From Mobula birostris (taxonomy: Eukaryota): 64,000 bases of DNA. The position numbers and the translations under genes were made by a program. Every line of letters begins with the position of its first letter. The stretch's first letter is position 1. The stretch lies in NCBI RefSeq assembly GCF_030028105.1, contig NC_092375.1, forward strand, positions 146,009,415 through 146,073,414, given 5' to 3'. Shown here one piece after another: positions 37,861 through 49,944 of the stretch. The notes under the pieces are model-generated. The model was not told the origin of the DNA and made no database searches. It was given only the letters and a program-made list of their open reading frames with translations.

Positions 37861-38513
37861 CCAGCTTATCTGAGGCAATTATTGATTGATTGGCCTTTCT
37901 CACATCAGTAAAATGAATTAAAAGGAATGCGATATCACAAGTGTGGTGAGGAAATCCAGAACGTGGAGGTAATTGAAATGTTGAGTGTATGTGTAGAGTT
38001 CTTCAATGACAGGAGAGTGGAAGGCTTTGACTGTTCAACGTGTTCAGCAAGAGAAGTGGAGCAAACATAATGAATGTCAGAGGTGGGAAAACTACAAGGA
38101 ACCACTGCGAAAGGCAATATTAACTCTCACTTGGAGGATCAAGTGAGTTATGAAGGGAGAGGCAGCAGAGATTATTGAAGGTGAATCACATTTGACGCAT
38201 CTGGCTTCATTCACTGGTTTAAGAATAGAGGTGGCTGATCAGGGTTGTGTAGCAGAAACAATACAGATTGGTTGTCAAAAGATGTTTGTCAGTTTAATAA
38301 GGTGTCTCCTCAATTTAGGCAGTTTCAGAAAGAGAACCAAAATGCTATTTTGAACTTTGTGAATTGACCTGGGTGATTAGTAGCTGTGAATGTTCCTGAA
38401 CTGTTTGGTTTAAACAATTAAAATGATAAGAAAGCAAACTGAAAGAATCTACAATGCAACAAATGTCTTTCTGTTGTTTTTTGACAATAAATGAAAAAAA
38501 AGATTTTGTCACA

Positions 38514-38594
38514 TTTTGCTGATGTTTAATGTTGTGTCATCAGAAAAACAAGAAACTGCCTAGTGAGGCCTTTCTACCCTGCATATAAATACCA
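38514..38594 (+). promoter_or_regulatory. Proximal promoter of copy 4 (TGCTGA 38517, TATA 38584)
   Basis: Homologous block with the same spacing. Confidence 0.7.
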
Positions 38595-38648
38595 ACTTGT
38601 GTTAGGCTGTGAAACATTCAGCTGGTTACCAGACTCACTGTATTCAAA

Positions 38649-40152
38649 ATGGGAAAGGCAAGGACTACTCAGAAAATGAACTAAATGAGAATTCTTCATG
38701 AACACCTGAGCAACTATTAACACAGATATGTTTCTTCCCACAGATCATCTTCTACGAGGACAGGAACTTCCAGGGTCGGCACTATGAGTGCAGCTCCGAC
38801 TGTGCCGACCTCTCCCCTTACTTCAGCCGCTGTAACTCCATCCATGTCGAGAGTGACTGGTGGGTGTTGTACGAGAGACCCAACTGCATGGGATACCAGT
38901 ATGTCCTGAGCAGGGGAGAGTATCCTGACTACCAGCGCTGGATGGGATTCAATGACACAATCAGGTCGTGTCGCACCTACACTTATGTAAGTTTCAGTTT
39001 TTTTAGGGTGTTTGATCTTTTGCAGTTTGGGTCTGAAAATGGAGAATTTGCCTAGCCAGTGCCTAATGGGTATCAAATATGCCTGAGTGTATTAATATGC
39101 TCAGGCATTCCGAAGTGAAGGAGAAGGTAGTGTTAGTTCCCTTAAAGAGCAAGAATGTGGATAAGTCCCCAGGGCCTGAAGGGATATACCCCTGGCTATT
39201 GAGAGAGACAAGAAATGAGATTGCTGGGACCTTGACCAACATATTCATTTCTATTCTAGCCATCAGGAGTTTTGCATACAGTCTTGTTTGCACCATTATG
39301 GGAAGTATGCCGAGAATTTGGAGAGGGTGCAGAGGAAACTTGTCAGGATTCTGCCAGAAGTAGAGGGCATGTGCTATAACAAGAGGTTGCAATAGGCTGG
39401 GTTGATTCCTTTGGCATGCCGAAGACTGAGGGGAGATCTGATAGATGTTTATCAGATAATGAGAGGTATAGATAAAGGAGACGGACAGCATATTTTGGCC
39501 ATGGTTCAAATACCAGAGGGTATGCATTTTACGTGAGAGTATATAAGTTCAAAGGAGACGTGAGGGGTAATTTTTTGCACAGAGTGGTGGGTGTCTGGAA
39601 TGTGTAGCCCCGAGTGATGTTAAAGGCAGCTACATCAGGGACTTCTAGATGATGTTTAGTTAAGCAAATGAATGTAAGGGAAGTTGAAGGATATGAACAT
39701 TGTTTAAGCAGAAGGGATTAGTTAGTTTAATTTAATTTAATTTAATATAGTTAGTGAAATCATCAAATTGTATCTGACTTTATTTCCCAGTCTGTGAATT
39801 AGTGTTCAGATGTCATTTATAATATGTGAATTCTCTACAAAACATCATTACTAAAGTTCAATGTTTCCTATTCCAGTACCGGGGTGGAAACTACAGGATA
39901 AGGATTTACGAGAGGCCTGACTTCAGAGGGCAGATGATGGAATTCGTGGATGACTGTCCCTCTGTCTACGATCGTTTCCGTTACCGTGACATCCACTCCT
40001 GTCAGGTGATGGATGGTTACTGGATCTTCTATGAATATCCCAACTACAGAGGCCGACAGTACTTCCTGAGACCCGGGGAATACAGGAGATACAGTGACTG
40101 GGGTGGCTACAACTCAATGATTGGGTCCTTCAGGCGCATGAGGGACTTCTAA
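38649..40152 (+). CDS. Gamma-crystallin (gamma-S1-like), copy 4; exons 38649-38657, 38744-38986, 39877-40152; 175 aa
   Basis: Open frame across 9/243/276-nt exons, TAT|gtaagt donor, ttccag|TAC acceptor. TATA at 38584, AATAAA at 40203-40208. Confidence 0.95.
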
Positions 40153-41747
40153 AAGTGGCTCTTGAAAATCTGATTTTAACCTGTTGAAATATTTAAGGAT
40201 GCAATAAAATATCTTTGATGAAACTATCAGCTCATTTGGTTCATTTCTTCTGATTCCACTGGAAATCACAATAGAACAGTAATCAGGATCTGAGTACCAC
40301 ATTAAGTTGTTTTACACAGTTGGTTCCAGTTAACAGATAACATTATTATGATTCACAGGAGACTGAAAAATATGAGCTGAATAACAAGTTGGTCTTTGCT
40401 TCTTGAGTTATTGTGTCCATTGTGTGGCATTGAGCTCCATTTCTGAATTTATTTCCAGTGAATTTATTGAGTATAAATATCTGTCTTTATGAGTTCCATG
40501 ATTCTGATGGTTTTGTGAAATGACTTCACAAACGTACGAACAACATAAATAGAGACATGGAGTTAAACAGCACATAAAGCAGCAGTTTTACAAAACACAA
40601 TGACTTCTACCGAAGTTGAGACCAGTGTTAACAACAGGTTCTGTATGATTCTACAGGTTCTATGATTCTGTACGGGTCAGCATTGTGAAGGATGGAGGTT
40701 GAGTCGAAATTGATTTGGAATGATTTGAAGTTGTAGAATTTTCTACAGAAATTTAACAAAATAAGAAATAAGAATGAATTCTTTAAACCTCAATAAACAG
40801 AGATCTGAAATATCGCAATGGGACTGAACTGGAAGTCTTGAAGAGGATAGAACTGTCTATCCCAGGGGTTGTAGAGGCAGATCATTGGATATTGAAAGAG
40901 AAAGTCGAAACACGTTTGGGAAGTCAAGATATGGGGTATTTGGCCCAGAAGAAGAAAGGAGCAGGTTCTGGTGGTGCAGTAATAACTTCTTACCACTTCA
41001 TACTATCATTGTATGAAAGAGATGCAGGAAGTATTTAGCTTAGAAGCATGATCTGAGGTAAAATTGAAGCCCATCAGATCCACATATTGTTAGTGTTTTT
41101 CAGTTAACCTAGAATTAAGTCCATGCATAGTGATGTGAAGGGCTTTAATTCTGGCTTGCTGAGGGATGCTAATGTTAGGACAGATGAACCTTTTGAGTTC
41201 TTTTGAGTTGAGTGAAGGATGATCTTATTGAAACAAATAGCACTGATTTGTTGGGTGTTGTATATCTCCTTTGGAGGTAAATAAGGTGGTCAGTATTTTG
41301 GTTCAAAACCCACTATCAGGACTGAGAATGCAAAGAGATAACTAGTATTAGAGGCAATGGAGAGGGGTGAGGCAGGGGCTGGTGGGCAACAGGTGAAACT
41401 AGGTGAGGAGGGGGATGATGGGCAGATGGAGCCAGGTGTGTGGAGGGGTCAGGGTGGAGTTTGCGAGACCAGTGGGAAATAGGTACAAAACGATAGGGCG
41501 AGAGGAGAAAATAAGAGCAGGTGGAGCCGGGTGGAGGAAAACTCAAGGTAGAGAAAGAGGCTGGAAGGTGAAAAGCAGACATACAAAAGGCTGCAGGTAC
41601 TGGAATCTGAGAAGGGAGGGATAATGGAGCAATATTTTGTGTGCATTCAGATAACAGTCCTTTACTTCTGAAGTTTTTTCCATTTCTCCTTCTCTAACTC
41701 CAGCTGGAGGTCGACCCTTTTCACAGTCTGATTACGCATATCGCTAT

Positions 41748-43190
41748 TAGAACCATAGAACCATAGAACACTACAACAGAGAAGACAGGCCATTCAGCCC
41801 TTCTAGTCTGTGCCGAAACTTTATTCCGCTAGTCCCATTGACCTGCACCCAGTCCATAACCCTCCAGACCTCTCCCACCCATGTATCTATCCAATTTATT
41901 CTTAAAACTTAAGAGTGAGCCTGCATTTACCATGTCAGATGGCAGCTTGTTCCACACTCCCACCACGCTCTGAGTGAAGAAGTTCCCCCTAATGTTCCCC
42001 CAAATGTTTCCCTTTTCACCCTAAAGCCATGTCCTCTCATATTTATCTCTCCTAATCTAAGTAGAAAGAGCCTACTCGCATTTACTCTGTCTATACCCTC
42101 ATAATTTTGTAAATCTCTATCAAATCTCTCCTCTTTCTTCTACACTCCAAGGAATAAAGTCCTAACCTCTTTAATCTTTCCCTGTAATTCAACTCCTGAA
42201 GACCTGGCAACATCCTAGTAAATCTTCTCTGCACTCTTTCAATCTTACTAATAGCCTTCCTATAGTTAGGTGACCAGAACTGCACGCAATACTCAAAATT
42301 TGGCCTCACCAATGTCTTATACAACCTCAGCATAACATCCCAACTCCTATACTCAGTACTTTGATTTATGAATGCCAGGATGCCAAAAGCTTTCTTTACA
42401 ATCCTGTCTACCTGTGACACCACTTTCAGGGAATTATGTATCTGAACTCCCCGATCCCTTTGTTCCTCTGCACTCCTCAGTGCCCTACCATTTACTGTGT
42501 ATGTCCTACCTTGATTTGTCCTTCCAAAATGCAACACCTCACACTTGTCTGCATTAAATTGCATCTGCCATTTTCTGGCCCATTTTTCCAGTTGGTCCAG
42601 ATCCCCCTGCAAGCTGTGAAAGCCTTCCTCACTGCCCACAATGCCTCCAGTCTTAGTGTCATCAGCAAACTTGCTGATCCAATTTACCACATTATCATCT
42701 AGATCATTGATATAGACAACAAACAACAATGGTCCCAGCACAGGTCCCTGAAGCACACCACTAGCCACAGGCCTCCAGTCTGAGAAGCAATCATCCACTA
42801 CCACTCTCTGTCTTCTCCCACACAGCCAATTTTGAATCCAGTTTACAACCTCTCCATGGATACCTCGTGTCTGAACCTTCTGAACTAACCTCTCATGTGG
42901 GACCTTATCAAAGGCTTTACTAAAGTCCGTGTAGACAACATCCACCGCCTTTCCTTCATCCACTTTCTTGATAACCTCCTCGAAAAATTGTACAAGATTT
43001 GTTAAACACGATCTACCACGCACAAAGTAAGGCAGCAAGCACCTCCTCCTCTTTAACATCTATATGTTCCATGACACTACTGCTTGTTTCCCTTCCTTCC
43101 ATATATGTTATGCCAGTTTTCTGAGTAAATACTGATGCAAAAAACCTGTTTAAGATCTCCCCCATCTCGTGAGGTTCCACGCATAGACGA
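41748..43190 (-). mobile_element. CR1 LINE 3' portion (ORF 42091-43059), related to the 20941 copy
   Basis: GRSCLTNL..FF, DFSKAFDKVPH, FADDTK, RPNFEYCVQFWSP; tail tagaaccatagaaccatagaa. Confidence 0.93.
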
Positions 43191-44758
43191 CTTACTATTT
43201 TTCTTTCTCCTTAACTTTCTGAATTCCCCCAACACTCCCTATTGCCACCTGAACAAGAAGTCCTTGCACCTCACAATCAGGTGACAGGTGGATTCTGGCA
43301 CCCATCTCATTCTCCACTCCCCCTTCGGTTTATATCCCACCATCTCACCTGGATGCACCAGTCAGTTCTTCGTGTGGCCCCTCTCTCCATAATTTTATAC
43401 TGGCTACATCCCCTCTATCTTGCAGTCCAGATAGAAATATCAACTGCCCATGTCCTTCCCCAGAAGCTGCTTGGTCACTGGGCTTCTCCAGTCTTTTGCA
43501 TGTTTCACCAATTCCATGTTGTTCAACCATTTTGGAAAGGAGAAATAAATCTGAAGTATCTGATACTGATGCACGAAGCACTCACAAGAGTAATGAATGA
43601 GGAGTGAGGGTAAATGTTATAGGCTTAAGGACAATGGAGAATCACATCTTCTTCTGAAGAAGAATTTTGGGTCCCCAAACTCAATCACTCATCAGATGAT
43701 TTAGAAACATTAACTTCAGTAAGTGGTGTTAATGTCTTCTGTGCAGGCACTAGAAAGTTTATAGAAGGGATTTTTGAAAAATTACAGAATTGGTAAAATT
43801 GCAGAAGGAAGGATGGAAGGAAAATCCAGGAAAATGCAAATCCTCTGACTAAATGTCACATCTCAGGAAATGAGTGGACTAGTTCATCAGTGTTTGAACA
43901 GATATATCTGATTGAAGAGATCGTAGGTTTAGAAAAAATAGGACTTATCCCAAAATACAGTTTCACCATGGGCACATCCCTGTCCTCCATTAGGGATATC
44001 TTCAAGAGCCTTTGCCTCAAGAAGGTGGCATTCTTGAACCATATTAAGGAACCTCACCATCCAGGAAAGGCCTCTTCGCATTACTACTTTCAAGGAGTGT
44101 GTACAGGACACTAAAAGATCCACACACAACTTCTTCCATTTCACCATCAGATTTCGGATCAGTATGTGGACTCACAAGCATCACATCATTATTTACTTTT
44201 TTCACTATTCATTTACTTTTGAATCCTCTGAGTGCTCAGGTTTGCTTCTATATCTGAGGGGTGTGTTGATTGTTAGATTAATTCGCCCTGGTAACTTGTC
44301 TCATATGTGCAGGTGAGTCACAACTTGGGGGAAATGATGAGTAAAATATGGAGAGTTTTGAAAATGGGATCAATGAAGGATTAGTGCAGGTGGGTGATCA
44401 ATAGTCAGCACTAACACAGTAGGCCAGAGGACCTCCTTCCATGTTGTATATCTGTCTAAGAGCAGGGGCCCACAGAGGTGTGGCAGGAGCTGAAGATGAT
44501 CAGATCAATAATGAATTACATGCCCAGTGTGTGTATGGTTAAAATTTATCTCCACAGAGATAGCATCTAAGATGAGAAACAATCATGAGTTAAGGTCAAT
44601 ATTGTTCCAAACCATGAGATTCAAGTACCATTTTGTATATTTTATACAATTTAATACCAATACAAAAATAAATGAATGACAATGATAATTGCTTTGCAAA
44701 GGGTATTTTATTTTCTGAAATACATTCTCAGAATAATATCTTGCTTATTGAGTGTAAA

Positions 44759-47700
44759 CTAGAAGTCCCTCATGCGCCTGAAGGACCCGATCATTGAGTT
44801 GCAGCCGCCCCAGTCACTGTATCTCCTGTATTCCCCGGGTCTCAGGAAGTACTGTCGGCCTCTATAGTTGGGATGTTCATAGAAGATCCAGTAACCATCC
44901 ATCACCTGACAGGAGTGGATGTCACGGTAACGGAAACGATCGTAGACAGAGGGACAGTCATCCATGAATTCCATCATCTGCCCTCCGAAGTCAGGCCTCT
45001 CGTAAATCCTCATCCTGTAGGTGCCTCCTCGGTACTGGAATAGAGGATTTTAATGAATCTTTAATACAGTATAATCATGTCAAAAATGTGTACAATATAC
45101 TGTAGATATTATATATAGATGCAGTCGTACCAATCCTCTATAATGATCAATAATTAATTATATTTCAGGACTATCCTTAATGAAATAATATGGAGAAAAT
45201 TTATCTCTACATTGGGGACAGTTAAACTATAGACAATTGTGATTAAGAATGATATAGTTCACTGTTTCTACAGGAGACGGTGAAGAACCACACAATTTCA
45301 TAAATATACATTAAAAATAAATTATTTGCTGTTGATCACATGAAAGGTATTTTAAGGATGTTAATACATCCTCTTTCTTCTTTTCCAATATTTTTTGTTG
45401 ATTTCGATATAGAAGAATACAGAGTTCAAGAGAATACATATTATAAAACAAAAAAAAATATAATAGTACCAGATACAGTATATTGAATCACATTAATGAA
45501 CTCCTTACTCTATATTCAATATAATCACATGAAAGTGTGTATGACAGAATTATGTTTCTGAAGTAGAGGCACCTTTTGCATATCTAAAAAGTTTAATACC
45601 TGGTTGAAGAGCAAGCTCTGGAGTTTTGAATATAGTATTACCAAAAAGAACAAGTTTTAAGGATTTAGTTCCACATAGAGATAATATGAGTCACTTAATG
45701 TAAAAGTTGTGTTAGAAGATGTACGTAAGTGCTGGTCTGTGTCTGTAAATAAGATGGTTTCTTAATATAAAAGAGATTGCAAGTTGATCTGTGGACTTAG
45801 AACCTGACTTCTTCATTGGTTTGTGTTACTTGACAAAAGTGAACCTGATCATCTTGAAAGTATTTGTAAATTATGGGAGAGGACAAATTGCTTCAACATA
45901 GAGTGAACATGGATTCAAACAACCTATTTCCATGCTTTAACCTCACTGTGACCTATGAAATCATGCAATTAAAAAGGGAGAATTGTGTAATCCAGTTCAC
46001 ACACAGCTTGATTCAGTGAATTAGGTGTTTCTGAACCAAACTCTGCACAGATGCATGAAAGGAGGCCACTCATCCCACTGAATCCTTGATAGACAATTTT
46101 TTCTTCTTTCCATCCTCTTACTATCTCTTATACGATAAATGGCATAGATGAAATGGATAGCCAGAGATATTTTCCCAGGGTGGTAATGGCTAACATGAGG
46201 GCTTATAATTTACAGAAGTAGGACAAAAGTATAGGGGATACATCAGAGGTGCTTTTTCCTACAGCACAGTGCAATAGGCCTGTACTGTGCTGTATAGTTC
46301 CATGTTTTCCACTCTCTGCCCATGATGGGTTACAGCACATCTAGAGTAATAGAGCACAAAGGTGGCTCTTCGGCCCAAAAGGTATGTGCTGACCACAATG
46401 CTCATCTCTCATTTGCCTACGTTTGACCCTTACCCTCTGATTAATTTTTCTTTGTTTTGTATTTTTTGTATTACAGACGTCTCAGACATCAATGTCCAGG
46501 TGTTATAGCTGCATTCATGTCATTGTATAAAACCATCACAAACTGACCAAATATTCTATGTGGCCCAATTAGACCTGAATAAAGGAGATACAAGAGATGG
46601 CAGATCCTGGAATCTCGATCAACACAGAAGGTACTGGAAGATCTCAGACAATCAGGCAGCCTCTATGGAAGGAACTTAACAGACAACATTTCAGGATGAG
46701 ACCCTTTATCAAGACCAGCAAATGCTGGCTGACTGGCTGAGATCGCCCAGAATCTTGTGCGTTGACATTAATAAAGGTTCAGCATAAAAAGTCAAAGATG
46801 ATAAATGTTACCTTTGTTTCTCTTGAAATGGTTGCTGTTAGATCTAATGTTTTTCCAAAATTTTCTGCTTTTCATTTCATATCCCAGCAACTGCAAGTTT
46901 CTATTTGTTTTTGATTCAGCATAACTTTTCTGCTCTATATTTAACACAGCTATTTACGGAGCCCAAGATGACACGATGACAAATATTTTGCTCACACCTT
47001 TTAATACGTCCTGATTCTCTGTCCCTACACCTCCTCTCCCCACCTTGGAATTGAGCAATTAAGTCTTCATTGCTTCTCCGCATTTGTTGGGAATCTCTCC
47101 ACTGCTATTCCAGTTTCACCATACCCTGTGTGCTCTGCCATCTCCCATTCAGAAGCTCTACCCTGGTACATTCCCTTTAGGTTGGCATGAGCTAAATCCA
47201 GCCAGGTCTGCATCCTATTTGCCACCTGCATTCTGGGTCACTCTGTCACCTCTGCACATCTCACTACCGCCCACAACCGCTCTGTCCTGGTGGGTTTTTC
47301 CTCTGTCTTCTCAGCCTGGTCACACTTCACCCTACCCCATGCCCTGCCTCATCAGCCCACACCTCTTCACATTGCCCGCCATATCTGTTTTGGTGGCAAC
47401 TTCACTCTGTTCACCCAACACAGTCTTTCCGACCTTCACCCTTTCAGGTCTGTTTTAATTGCACTCCGTGTCATCCTGCTGCCTCTTCATTCCCCTTTGA
47501 TGCCCGCTGCCCCTGTGCCCTGCGGAGTTCGCTCTCACTTTGTTTTGCCTTCATCCTCACCAGTGCACTGGTTCATCAGTACGCATCTTCTCACATTGTC
47601 CCTGCTCACGGGCTCAGGTAGATACTTTGTGATTGCAGAGTTTCTGTCACTGTCACTGTCACAAACCTCAAACCTGACTAACCTATAGGTAAAATACATC

Positions 47701-48555
47701 TCTTCACTATCCTTTCAATGCTTCTAATAAACATCTTCCCATCCACATCAGATTCAGAATGGTTCATGAAGCCACAAACACTGCCTTACTATTTCTCTTT
47801 CACACTATTTATTTGCTTTTTGTAAACTATACTAGTTTCTATATCTTGCACTGCACTGCTGCTACAAATCAACACATTTCACAACTTAAGTCAGTGATAA
47901 TAAATCTGATTTTGACTCTGATTGTTGGTTGTGCCCTCACAATCACAGATACAGATCTGTCTGTCAAAAGCAACAGGACTTTCAGCCTTCACAACAGATT
48001 CACTATTTTCCTGTATCAACTTCATTTCTGTTGATCAATTTAACAATATTTACTGACTTCAAACTTGGCCCCAAATGCCAGCAGCTAACTCTAGCATTCA
48101 CAGCAGTTTAACATTTCAGAGAAAGAGCTTGTGCACAAGTGTAATTATTGCAAATCTCAGCCATTTTCTAGCGGTGTGCCAAGTGGCATGGAATATCTCA
48201 GTCACCAACAGCAACTTACAGGTGGGTAACTGCGACAGGACTTGATACAGTCATTAAATCCCATCCAGCGCTGGTATTCAGGATACTCTCCCCTGCTCAG
48301 GACATACTGGTATCCCATGTAGTTGGGTCTCTCGTACAACACCCACCAGTCACTCTCGACACGGATGGAGTTACAGCGGCTGAAGTAAGGGGAGAGGTCG
48401 GCACAGTCGGAGCTGCACTCATAGTGCCGACCCTGGAAGTTCCTGTCCTCGTAGAAGATGATCTGTGGGAAGAAATAAATAGCTTAAATCAGACTGGGGA
48501 CACATGATGGTTACAATATAATTCACAAAATGAAAAGTGGTCTTGCCTTTCCCAT
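44759..48555 (-). CDS. Gamma-crystallin (gamma-S1-like), copy 5, inverted; exons 48555-48547, 48462-48220, 45034-44759; 175 aa
   Basis: Minus strand reads ATGGGAAAG|gcaaga...ccacag|ATCATC...CCACCT|gtaagt...ttccag|TACCGA...GACTTCTAG. Intron 2 is 3185 nt. TATAAAT at 48611-48605, AATAAA at 44712-44707. Confidence 0.95.
46588..46768. mobile_element. Old Penelope-derived foldback element in intron 2 of copy 5
   Basis: Diverged match to the 11749 element (gcagatcctggaatct...catttcaggatgagaccctttatcaagac); flanked on both sides by aataaagg. Confidence 0.55.
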
Positions 48556-48600
48556 TGTGGTGTACGGTCAATAACCAACTGACTACATGTAACTGTAACT

Positions 48601-48680
48601 GGGTATTTATATACTGGACAGAAAGGCATTTACAGCAATGCCTTTGTAATGTAAATGACGCAAACCTGAGGTCAGCAGAA
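48601..48680 (-). promoter_or_regulatory. Proximal promoter of copy 5 (TGCTGAC 48677-48671, SOX-like ACAAAG, TATA 48611)
   Basis: Minus strand: TGCTGACCTCAGGTTTGCGTCATTTACATTACAAAGGCATTGCTGTAAATGCCTTTCTGTCCAGTATATAAATACC. Confidence 0.68.
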
Positions 48681-49024
48681 AACAACATATGTCCCGTGAA
48701 TGCTGAAAAAGCACCTGAGGATACGAGACGTGTCAGCGATCCAGTGATTGTTTTTGTTTTGCAGCAGGCAATTTAATTCTACAATGCAGTAAATCAGCCT
48801 TTTTCTTTCTACACTTTCATTCTAGAGTTTCAAAAAGTCATAACACTGAGATACATCGTAGAATCACAGTCAAAGAACAGAATATTCGGCCCACGCAAAT
48901 CCATGGCAACCATCAACCACCAATGTACACTAATCCTAAATTAATCCCAGTACTTTATTCCCCCCACATTCTCATTAACTTCTCCTGAATTTTACTACTA
49001 ATTTACACACTGGGAACAATTTCC

Positions 49025-49944
49025 TGTGGCCAATTAAGACAATAAGAAATTGGAGAAAATCAGGTCACTCGTCCCATCAATACTGCTCCTTTATTCCATC
49101 ATGGCTGATTTATTATCCCTCTCAACCCCATTCTTATGCCTTCTCAAGGTAATCTTTGATGCCCAAACTAATCAAGAAATAATTAACCTTCACCTTCAAT
49201 ATACCCAATGCTTAGCTTGTACAGCCTTCTCTGGTAATGAATTCCACAAATTCACCAGCTTCTGGCTAAAGAAACTTTTCCTAATCTCTGTTCTAAATGG
49301 ATGTTCCTATATTCTGAGGATTTTCACTCTGATCCTAAACTCACCCACTATAGGAAACATCCTCTCCACATCCAGTCGATCTAGGCCTTTCAATATTTGA
49401 TAGGTTTCAATAAGATAACTCCCCATTCTTCTAATTCCAATGAGTCCTGGACCAGAGGCATCTAATGCCCCTTATATATTAACCTTTCCATTCCTGGGAT
49501 CATTCTTGTGAACCCCCTCTGGGCCCCTCTAATGTCAGCACATCTTTTCTTCAATAAGGGGCTGAAACTGCTTACAATTCTCCAAGTGCAGTGCAACTGA
49601 TGCCTCACAAAGCCTCAGGATTACATCCTTGTTTTTTTCATTCTAGTCCCCTCAAAATGAATGCTAACATTTCATTTGCCTTCCTTACTACCGGCTCAAT
49701 CTGCAAGTTAACCTTTCAGGAATCCTGCATGAGGACCCCCAAGTCCCTTTGCACCTGGATTTTTTGTACTTTCTCCTCATTTACAAAATAGTCCGCATCT
49801 TTATTCCTTCTACCAAAATGAATGATCATGCCCATCCCTACAACTGCAGTATATTCCATCTGCCACTTCTTTGCCCATTCTCCCAATCTGTCTATGTCCT
49901 TCTGCAGACCCCTGTTTTGTCAACACTACATGCCCCTCCACCTC
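49025..49944 (-). mobile_element. CR1 3' fragment upstream of copy 5
   Basis: Homologous to 1778-2950. Confidence 0.85.

Noticed and set aside
38717-39076. 119-aa minus-strand ORF
   Set aside because: Antisense shadow of crystallin exon 2; no independent gene signals.
47030-47690. Pyrimidine-rich tract with 124-132 aa ORFs in intron 2 of copy 5
   Set aside because: Low-complexity CT-rich sequence explains the lack of stops; no recognisable domain or splice structure.
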